Part shown: positions 56,850 through 64,000 of the stretch, piece after piece
Layout of the letters: each line of letters begins with the position of its first letter
Position numbering within the stretch: position 1 is the first letter of the stretch
Position numbers and translations under genes: made by a program
Notes under the pieces: generated by a model
Told to the model about the DNA's origin: nothing
The model's input: the letters and a program-made list of their open reading frames with translations, nothing else
The model's database searches: none
Origin: an uncultured virus (IMG/VR IMGVR_UViG_3300042197_001183)
Lineage: Duplodnaviria; Heunggongvirae; Uroviricota; Caudoviricetes
DNA length: 64,000 nucleotides
IMG/VR virus record: IMGVR_UViG_3300042197_001183
Direction: 5' to 3' (one strand)

Positions 56850-57827
56850 ATGAAAGAAAAGATTTTACAAGAAAATCCGGGACGCTTTGTCCTTTTCCCA
56901 ATCGAATATCACGATATATGGAAACTCTATAAACAACAACAAGCTTGTTTTTGGACCGCAGAAGAAATCGATTTAAAAGACGATATATATGATTGGGAAA
57001 ATAAATTAAATGAAGATGAACAACATTTCGTAAAACACGTATTGGCGTTTTTCGCGGCATCAGATGGGATAGTAAATGAAAATTTGGCTATGAATTTTGT
57101 TAACGAGGTTCAATATACTGAAGCCAAAATGTTTTATGGGTTTCAAATTATGATGGAAAATATTCATAGTGAGACTTACTCGTTGTTGATTGATACTTAC
57201 ATTAAAGATAAACAAGAACAGAATAAATTATTCAACGCAATTGAAACAATTCCCGCGATTAAAAAGAAAGCGGAGTGGGCCATAAAATGGATTAATTCTA
57301 ATTCATTTGTTGAAAGGTTAATTGCATTTGCGGCTGTCGAGGGGATTTTCTTTTCTGGTTCGTTTTGTTCCATATTTTGGTTAAAAAAGAGAGGTTTAAT
57401 GCCGGGTCTAACATTCTCAAACGAATTAATTTCAAGAGATGAAGGAATGCATTGTGATTTTGCTTGTCACCTATATAATCAACATATCCAAAACAAATTA
57501 TCTGAAAAGAAAATAAGGGAAATTATTTGCGGGGCATTAGAAGTTGAAAAGGAATTTATTCTTGAGGCATTACCTGTTAGATTAATCGGTATGAATTCTG
57601 ACCTAATGTCTCAGTATTTGGAATTTGTAACGGACAGATTATTAGTTTCGTTAAATTGTTCTAAAGTATATAATGTTGAAAACCCATTTGATTTTATGCA
57701 AAATATTGCTCTTCAAGGTAAAACTAACTTCTTTGAAAAAAGAGTTGCTGAATATCAAAAAGCGGGAGTTAACAATAGTAGTTCTATTGAAGAAATGAAT
57801 GGTTCATTTGATGATATTGATTTTTAA
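56850..57827 (+). CDS. nrdB: Ribonucleotide reductase class Ia beta subunit
   Basis: [31 protein letters not shown] (radical Tyr), [17 protein letters not shown]. Confidence 0.97.
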   Translation: MKEKILQENPGRFVLFPIEYHDIWKLYKQQQACFWTAEEIDLKDDIYDWENKLNEDEQHFVKHVLAFFAASDGIVNENLAMNFVNEVQYTEAKMFYGFQIMMENIHSETYSLLIDTYIKDKQEQNKLFNAIETIPAIKKKAEWAIKWINSNSFVERLIAFAAVEGIFFSGSFCSIFWLKKRGLMPGLTFSNELISRDEGMHCDFACHLYNQHIQNKLSEKKIREIICGALEVEKEFILEALPVRLIGMNSDLMSQYLEFVTDRLLVSLNCSKVYNVENPFDFMQNIALQGKTNFFEKRVAEYQKAGVNNSSSIEEMNGSFDDIDF

Positions 57828-57840
57828 AATTTAAAAAAAT

Positions 57841-60800
57841 ATGAAAGTTAAAAAGAGAGATGGGTCATTAGAAGAAATGAGATATGACAAAATCACAAGA
57901 AGAATTCAAAATTTTTGTGACGATTTAAATCTTGAATATATTGACCCCACATGGATAACACTTAAAGTAACGCAAGGTATATACGATGGTATATCAACAA
58001 CGGAATTAGATGTATTAGCAGCGGAGACCGCTGCCTCTCTTGTTACTTCTCATTCAGACTATGCAAAATTAGCTGGTAGATTGGCAGTATCTAATTTACA
58101 CAAAACAACACCAAAGAAATTCTCTCAATCAATAAAAGAATTACATTCTTTTGTTGAACCAAAAACAAACAAAGAATCTTCGTTAATATCTAACGAAACA
58201 TATTCATTTGTTCAACAATATAAAGATGTTTTAGATGGTGCCATTGTTCAAGAAAGAGATTTTGATTTTGATTATTTTGGTTTTAAGACATTAGAACGTT
58301 CATATCTATTGAAGATTGGTAATCGTATTGTTGAAAGACCGCAATACATGTATATGAGAGTTGCTGTTGGTATTTGTAATAACGACATTGAAAACGCTTT
58401 AAGGATTTATGATGATTTATCTCAACATTTTTATACCCACGCAACTCCAACATTATTTAATGCGGGAACACATAGACCACAAATGTCATCCTGTTTTTTG
58501 ATTGGTAATAAAGGTGATGATATTGATGGTTTATTTGACACAATAAAAGATGTTGCAAAAATATCTAAATGGGCGGGTGGTATTGGTTTACATGTTCACG
58601 ATGTAAGAGGTAAGGGTGCGTATATTAAAGGGACGGGTGGTGAGTCAGATGGTTTATTACCGATGATGAAAACATACAACGAAGTTGCTCGCTGGATTAA
58701 TCAATGTTTTACACCTGACACTTTATTATACACCAGTGAAGGTGTAAAAAGAATGGACGAATTACGAAATGGTGATTTAGTATTAACTAAAGAAAGAAAA
58801 TATTCCGAAGTAGGTGAGGTTTTAGTTTATCACCAAAATGGTGGAATGATTGAGATTGAAACCAAATCAACCTTAAAACCACTAAGGTTAACAGATTCAC
58901 ATCCGTTGTTTGGGTTTAAGAATACATATAGTAGAATATCTAGAGAAAATAGTGAATTTCTTAATCAATTAGAAAAGGGTATTGTGACCCCTGATTGGAT
59001 TGATAGTGGTGAATATAAAGTTGGTGATTTTATCGGTAAACCAATCCCAAAAGAAATTATTGATGTTGAAGATTTCACAGAAGACGACGCGTTTATTTAT
59101 GGGTTATTATTGGGTGATGGTCACATTAGTAGAAAGGAAGTGGGTATATCATTTAATAAAATAACTAACGAAAACGAAGTTAATTTTGTTAAAGACTATT
59201 TAACTAAAAAAGGTATAAATTTTTGGGAACACAGTTCAGATGAAAGACCATATTTAAATGTGAGATTTTCATTATCTAAATTATCGTGGTTATCATATGA
59301 GTTACTTTATAATGATAAAAAAGAGAAAAGGATTCATTTAAAATATTCACATTTACCTTTAAATAAATCAATTAGAATTATTTTAGGGTTAATTAAATCG
59401 GACGGAGGTGTTTATAGAAAAAATGAAATACATTTCTATAACACTAGTGAACTATTAATTGAAGGTATGTCATATCAAATACTTAGATTTGGCGTTCCAA
59501 CATATGGGGAATGGAGGGTTAGAGAGAATAATAGTGTTTATTTAAAAGAAAATGGTTGTAATAAAGAAAATACCTTATCGTGTGATTTAAGAATACCATC
59601 ATTCAAAGAATTATCTGATTTGTTGAATATTGAACAAGTGACTAAGAAAAATTGGATAATATGGGATAATATTCTTTATACTAGAATCACAAGTATAAAA
59701 ATGTTAGATGATTATGATGGAAAAGTCTACGATTTAAAAATTAAAGAAAATAGCGATGACCCATCATATACTCTGACCAGTTGTTTAGTTCACAATGGGG
59801 GAAAAAGACGCGGTTCATTTGCTGTTTATCTCGAACCATGGCACTCAGATGTATTTGAGTTTATTGAATTAAGAAAAAACCATGGAAAAGAAGAATTAAG
59901 AGCCAGAGATTTATTTTTAGCGATGTGGGTTCCTGATTTATTTATGAAAAGAGTGGAACAAGATTTAGATTGGTCATTATTTTCACCAGATGAAGCACAT
60001 GGATTATCCGACGTGTACGATGACCCGTATTTGTTTACTCAAGAATTTACTGAACTTTATGAAAGATATGAGAAGGAAGGTAGAGCAAGAAAAGTCGTAA
60101 AGGCTAGAAAATTAATGGATGCCATTTTGACCGCACAAATTGAAACGGGGGTACCTTATATGTTGTATAAAGATGCTGCTAATTACAAGTCAAACCAAAA
60201 GAACTTAGGTACAATTAAATCATCTAACTTGTGTATAACAGGTGACCAAAGAGTGGTGACAACAAAGGGTTACTTAACAGCTAAAGAATTGTGTGAAATG
60301 GATGTGGAATTAGAACTTTTTAATGGTTCTGAAATTGTCAAATCATCCAAAATGATTAAACGAGGTGAAAATGAAGATGTTTATAAAATAACATTAGAAA
60401 ATGGTATGGAACATAAAGTAACACCATATCATGGAATACCTGTAATTGACTCAAGAAATAATATAACACGTATTGAATGTAAGGATTTAAAAATAGGTGA
60501 TAAAATACCAATACAAATTAATAAAGGATTGTTTGGTTCAAAAGAAATGGTAGATGAGTCCTTTTTATTGGGTTTATATCAATCAGATGGTACGCAAAAC
60601 AAATCATCAATTTTATTTGATTTATGGGAAAATGATTTTGATTTAGTTGAAGAGATTGAAAACAAAATTCAAAAATTATATTCAAAATACGAGTATAAAC
60701 CTAGATATTCAACTAAAGGTGGTAAATTTATAGATTGTGTTGTTTCATTTTCTAAAGTAAAGAAAAAAAGATTATCTAGTGAATTTTTTAAAAAAGAATT

Positions 60801-62442
60801 ACTCTTTGAAAAGGGATATGTACCCGAATGGATTTGGTCTTCAAATGAAGAAACGCAATGGTCTTATTTGCGGGGTTTATTATTTGCTGATGGAACAGCT
60901 AATAAAAATAAATCAAAAGGAGAACCAATACAAATAAGTTATGCCGACATAAATATTGATTTTTTAAAAGAACTTCAATTAATTTTTCAAAATTTAGGTC
61001 TTCAAACATCTATTAGATTGTTAAGAAATGGAGGTCAACGGTCATTACCAAATGGTAAAGGTGGATATTCACTATACAAAACAAAAGATTGTTATAGATT
61101 AATTGTTGGTAATAAAAATGACTCACAAAAAATAAATGAAAAAATAGGGTTTCTTGATAGAAAAAACATAATCATTGACAATCGTGAATTTCGGGATAAT
61201 ACGAAAAAGGGATATAAAGTAAAATCCATAGAATATGTGGGTAAAGAAGATGTTTATTGTCCAACAATTTATAATGATGAACATATTTTTATTTCACAAG
61301 GATTAAAAACATTTAATTGCACTGAAATTCTAGAATTTTCTTCTTCAGAAGAACAAGCGGTTTGTAATTTAGCATCTATTGCTTTACCAAAATACATTGT
61401 TAATAAAGATTTTAGTCACGAGTTACTTTATGAATATGTATATCAAGTAGTAAAAAATTTGAACAATGTTATTGATTTGAATTTTTACCCAACAGACGAA
61501 ACGAAACTTTCGAATATGAGACACAGACCAGTTGGTTTAGGTGTTCAAGGATTGGCCGATGTTTTTTGTATATTGAAAATACCATTTGAAAGTGAAGAAG
61601 CGAATAAATTACAGGTTGAAATATTTGAAACAATGTATTTTGCAGCATTATCATCGTCAAAAGATTTATCAAAAGAAAATGGACCATATTCATCTTATGA
61701 AGGTTCGCCAATTTCTAAAGGTAAATTTCAATATGAACTTTGGGGTAAAAAAGATGAAGACACTAGTGGTAGATGGGATTGGAAATTTTTAAGAAATGAG
61801 ATTTTAAACCATGGTGTAAGAAATTCTCTTTTAATTGCCCCAATGCCAACGGCATCTACCGCTCAAATTTTAGGTAATAACGAAGCCTTTGAACCTTTTA
61901 CCTCTAATCTCTATTCAAGAAGAACATTGGGTGGTGAATTTATTGTAATCAATAAACATTTGGTTAATGAATTATTAGAAAGAGGGTTATGGTCTGACGA
62001 TATAAAGAAAAAACTAATAATGGAAAATGGTTCAGTACAAAACATACCAGAAATTCCTGTTGATGTAAAAGAAATTTATAAAACTGTTTGGGAGATGTCA
62101 CAAAAAAGAATTTTAACAATGGCAGCTAACAGGTCAATTTATATTGACCAATCCCAGTCATTAAATTTATTTATCGATAATGCTAGTAAAACAAAAGTTA
62201 TGGCCGCTCATTTATATGGTTGGAAACTTGGATTAAAAACGGGTATGTACTATCTTAGAACTAAGGCAGCCGTTGACCCAATTAAGGGTTTGGGTATTGA
62301 TACTTCGTCTTCAAAACCAAATGTTGAAAATCATACAAACAATGTTAAAGAACAAAATTTAACAAGTAATTATGTTGAAGAAATGGTTTTATCGATTAAA
62401 CCAAATGATTCACCATTTGAATGTGAAGGTTGTGGTTCATAA
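57841..62442 (+). CDS. nrdA: Ribonucleotide reductase class Ia alpha subunit with ATP cone and two inteins
   Basis: VKKRDG ATP cone, ATPTLFNAG, SSCFL, SNL/CTEI, CNLAS, APMPTASTAQ, KTGMYY, C-terminal CEGCGS. Confidence 0.97.
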   Translation: MKVKKRDGSLEEMRYDKITRRIQNFCDDLNLEYIDPTWITLKVTQGIYDGISTTELDVLAAETAASLVTSHSDYAKLAGRLAVSNLHKTTPKKFSQSIKELHSFVEPKTNKESSLISNETYSFVQQYKDVLDGAIVQERDFDFDYFGFKTLERSYLLKIGNRIVERPQYMYMRVAVGICNNDIENALRIYDDLSQHFYTHATPTLFNAGTHRPQMSSCFLIGNKGDDIDGLFDTIKDVAKISKWAGGIGLHVHDVRGKGAYIKGTGGESDGLLPMMKTYNEVARWINQCFTPDTLLYTSEGVKRMDELRNGDLVLTKERKYSEVGEVLVYHQNGGMIEIETKSTLKPLRLTDSHPLFGFKNTYSRISRENSEFLNQLEKGIVTPDWIDSGEYKVGDFIGKPIPKEIIDVEDFTEDDAFIYGLLLGDGHISRKEVGISFNKITNENEVNFVKDYLTKKGINFWEHSSDERPYLNVRFSLSKLSWLSYELLYNDKKEKRIHLKYSHLPLNKSIRIILGLIKSDGGVYRKNEIHFYNTSELLIEGMSYQILRFGVPTYGEWRVRENNSVYLKENGCNKENTLSCDLRIPSFKELSDLLNIEQVTKKNWIIWDNILYTRITSIKMLDDYDGKVYDLKIKENSDDPSYTLTSCLVHNGGKRRGSFAVYLEPWHSDVFEFIELRKNHGKEELRARDLFLAMWVPDLFMKRVEQDLDWSLFSPDEAHGLSDVYDDPYLFTQEFTELYERYEKEGRARKVVKARKLMDAILTAQIETGVPYMLYKDAANYKSNQKNLGTIKSSNLCITGDQRVVTTKGYLTAKELCEMDVELELFNGSEIVKSSKMIKRGENEDVYKITLENGMEHKVTPYHGIPVIDSRNNITRIECKDLKIGDKIPIQINKGLFGSKEMVDESFLLGLYQSDGTQNKSSILFDLWENDFDLVEEIENKIQKLYSKYEYKPRYSTKGGKFIDCVVSFSKVKKKRLSSEFFKKELLFEKGYVPEWIWSSNEETQWSYLRGLLFADGTANKNKSKGEPIQISYADINIDFLKELQLIFQNLGLQTSIRLLRNGGQRSLPNGKGGYSLYKTKDCYRLIVGNKNDSQKINEKIGFLDRKNIIIDNREFRDNTKKGYKVKSIEYVGKEDVYCPTIYNDEHIFISQGLKTFNCTEILEFSSSEEQAVCNLASIALPKYIVNKDFSHELLYEYVYQVVKNLNNVIDLNFYPTDETKLSNMRHRPVGLGVQGLADVFCILKIPFESEEANKLQVEIFETMYFAALSSSKDLSKENGPYSSYEGSPISKGKFQYELWGKKDEDTSGRWDWKFLRNEILNHGVRNSLLIAPMPTASTAQILGNNEAFEPFTSNLYSRRTLGGEFIVINKHLVNELLERGLWSDDIKKKLIMENGSVQNIPEIPVDVKEIYKTVWEMSQKRILTMAANRSIYIDQSQSLNLFIDNASKTKVMAAHLYGWKLGLKTGMYYLRTKAAVDPIKGLGIDTSSSKPNVENHTNNVKEQNLTSNYVEEMVLSIKPNDSPFECEGCGS
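58705..59796 (+). mobile_element. Intein 1 in nrdA (364 aa, LAGLIDADG), +1 residue Gly
   Basis: WINQ|CFTPDT..LTDSHP..YGLLLGDG..LGLIKSDG..VYDL..LVHN|GGKRRG. Confidence 0.88.
60232..61317 (+). mobile_element. Intein 2 in nrdA (362 aa, LAGLIDADG) at the catalytic Cys
   Basis: SSNL|CITGDQ..VTPYH..LGLYQSDG..LRGLLFADG..VYCP..KTFN|CTEI. Confidence 0.92.
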
Positions 62443-62452
62443 GAACAATCGT

Positions 62453-62529
62453 GGGTGACCCCCTTAATAGTCAAGGATAACCTTGAGCACCTAATCGTTT
62501 AGTCATACAGGGGGTGAAAACTAAACGAT
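62453..62529 (+). ncRNA. Candidate pseudoknotted structured RNA, family unknown
   Basis: Four complementary pairs in 77 nt: GGTG/CACC, TCAAGG/CCTTGA, ATCGTTTAG/CTAAACGAT and loop-loop ACCCCCT/AGGGGGT. Confidence 0.55.
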
Positions 62530-62533
62530 ATAT

Positions 62534-62564
62534 AATCCCATCGAATTCTCGATGGGATTTTTTT
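62534..62564 (+). terminator. Rho-independent terminator after nrdA and the structured RNA
   Basis: AATCCCATCGA-ATTC-TCGATGGGATT followed by a U-tract. Confidence 0.85.
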
Positions 62565-62646
62565 ATATGTATAATACATGAAAAAATTTTTTGGTCTAAT
62601 GGTTATTTTGATTGTTTAATGTGAACTTAGATTTGGTCTTTCGCTA

Positions 62647-62653
62647 TATTTAT
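62647..62653 (+). promoter_or_regulatory. Putative late promoter (TATTTAT) of the baseplate wedge operon
   Basis: Motif 4 nt upstream of the gp25-like ATG. Confidence 0.5.
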
Positions 62654-62657
62654 AAAC

Positions 62658-63110
62658 ATGGCGGGAACATATGGTATAGATTTTCCATTTAGACAAAGTC
62701 TTAAAGGTGATTTCTTAATAATGACAGAGACACCTGAAAGAGAAATTCGTGCAAATTTAATACATCTTCTTTTAACGAGAAAGGGTACTAGATATTATTT
62801 ACCTGATTTTGGAACTAGATTGTTTGAATTTATTTTTGAACCAAACGATGCCATTACGTGGGGACAAATAGAAGATGAAATAAGAACATCAGTAAGACAA
62901 TTTATACCTAATTTAGAAATTAAATCTATAAGGGTAACCGCTGCGGACCAAGACGAGGAAGAACCAACTAGTCCCCAAGAAGACGAAGATTCTAGATTAT
63001 TTAGAGTTTCGGACTATTCAACTAAACCATACACCGCTAAGGTTAGGGTAGATTATGATATTAATAATGAACCATTTGTCTCTTCTGACTTTATAATTAT
63101 AAACATTTAA
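62658..63110 (+). CDS. Baseplate wedge protein, gp25-like
   Basis: GIDFPF, IRANLIHLLLTRKGTR..PDFGT.L..FIFEP, I..SV..FIP. Confidence 0.9.
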   Translation: MAGTYGIDFPFRQSLKGDFLIMTETPEREIRANLIHLLLTRKGTRYYLPDFGTRLFEFIFEPNDAITWGQIEDEIRTSVRQFIPNLEIKSIRVTAADQDEEEPTSPQEDEDSRLFRVSDYSTKPYTAKVRVDYDINNEPFVSSDFIIINI

Positions 63111-63111
63111 T

Positions 63112-64000
63112 ATGAGTAAAAAAATATCATACGCAGTTAGGGATTTTGCCGGTTTGAGGCAAGAATTAGTTAATTTAACAAGAGAGTACTATCCTGATTT
63201 AATTAAAAACACAAATGACGCATCTATTTTTTCTGTTCTTTTAGATTTAAATGCGGCTGTTGCTGATAATTTACATTTTCATATTGATAGAGTTTGGCAA
63301 GAAACAATTTTGGATTTTGCTCAACAAAGAAACTCTCTTTACCATATCGCGAAAACATATGGTTTAAAAATACCAGGAAATAGACCATCCGTTGCGTTAT
63401 GTGATTTTACTATTCAAGTACCTGTAAGGGGAGACAAAGAGGACACTAGATATTTGGGTACAATTAAGACAGGTGCACAAATATCTGGCGGTGGTCAAAT
63501 ATTTGAAACGATTGAAGATATAGATTTTTCCAATCCTTTTAATGATAGGGGTGAACCTAACAGATTAAAGATACCAAATTTTGATGGGAATAATAGATTA
63601 ATATCATATTCAATTGTCAAGAGAGAAGCGGTTATAAATGGTGTTACAAGAATATATAGACGAGTAATAACAGAACAAGACCAAAAACCATTTTTAAAAA
63701 TTTTTCTTCCCGAACAAAATATTTTAGGTGTATCGTCGATTATACACAAAGAAGGAACAAGTTTTGCGGGTAACCCAACCGAATCCGAGTTTTTGACATC
63801 ATCAAATAAATGGTACGAAGTTAAAACACTAATGCAAAATAAAGTTTTTATACCTGACGCAACAACGGCTTCGGACTCTGAAAACTTTCTCTCTGGTACA
63901 TACCTTTCTGTTTCAAACAAATTTATAACAGAATATACACCTGAAAATTATTTTTCAATAACTTTTGGTTCGGGTAATGTGAACCCAATGGATAATTTAG
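63112..64000 (+). CDS. Baseplate wedge protein, gp6/BppJ-like (3' truncated; absent from the ORF track)
   Basis: My translation is open to the window end: MSKKISYAVRDFAGLRQEL..YYPD..NDAS..LLDLNAAVADNLHFHID..QE..LDFAQQRNSLYHIAKTYG. Confidence 0.88.
   Translation, partial: MSKKISYAVRDFAGLRQELVNLTREYYPDLIKNTNDASIFSVLLDLNAAVADNLHFHIDRVWQETILDFAQQRNSLYHIAKTYGLKIPGNRPSVALCDFTIQVPVRGDKEDTRYLGTIKTGAQISGGGQIFETIEDIDFSNPFNDRGEPNRLKIPNFDGNNRLISYSIVKREAVINGVTRIYRRVITEQDQKPFLKIFLPEQNILGVSSIIHKEGTSFAGNPTESEFLTSSNKWYEVKTLMQNKVFIPDATTASDSENFLSGTYLSVSNKFITEYTPENYFSITFGSGNVNPMDNL

Noticed and set aside
338..61792. Many 60-100 aa ORFs nested in or antisense to long genes
   Set aside because: They overlap confidently assigned genes and show no motifs or initiation context.
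21786..62442. Group I/II introns in polB, nrdA or nrdB
   Set aside because: All insertions are in-frame protein inserts with intein motifs; no frame breaks.
63495..63920. 141-aa minus-strand ORF
   Set aside because: Antisense to the gp6-like gene, which is open from 63112 to the window end.
1..64000. Stop-codon reassignment (alternative genetic code)
   Set aside because: Core genes are full length in code 11, TAA, TAG and TGA all end real genes, and no suppressor tRNA is seen.

Overview
This 64-kb window is a strongly AT-rich, gene-dense segment of a large T4-like (contractile-tailed, probably jumbo) bacteriophage read in the standard genetic code. Virion genes: 3' part of a gp23-type major capsid protein, neck/tail-completion proteins, tail sheath, tail tube plus a divergent tube paralog, tail-assembly chaperone, tape measure, two very large baseplate proteins, and gp53-, gp5-, gp25- and gp6-like proteins. 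Replication and nucleotide genes: family B polymerase with an intein, SNF2 helicase, gp32 SSB, UvsX, 5'-3' exonuclease, gp41 helicase, class Ia NrdB and NrdA with two inteins, dCMP deaminase, dUTPase and PhoH. Also present are a gp55-like late sigma factor, three glycosyltransferases, two free-standing endonucleases and tRNA-Asp/tRNA-Pro. Promoter-like motifs, lack of obvious Shine-Dalgarno sites and a DUF4494-like gene hint at a Bacteroidota host (inference). Most notable: (1) a complete-looking NrdA intein whose +1 residue is Gly, so it cannot splice canonically; (2) a likely +1 (or -2) frameshift at UUU_UUU_CGC in the chaperone gene before the tape measure; (3) a compact pseudoknotted RNA after nrdA; (4) a TATTTAT candidate late promoter before 17 mostly virion genes; (5) a set of putative capsid-internal proteins sharing LxE / EE(I/L)x(R/K)xK motifs; (6) an inverted-repeat-bounded iteron-like element after the sheath gene. 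All product calls come from motif recognition by eye; no searches were run.
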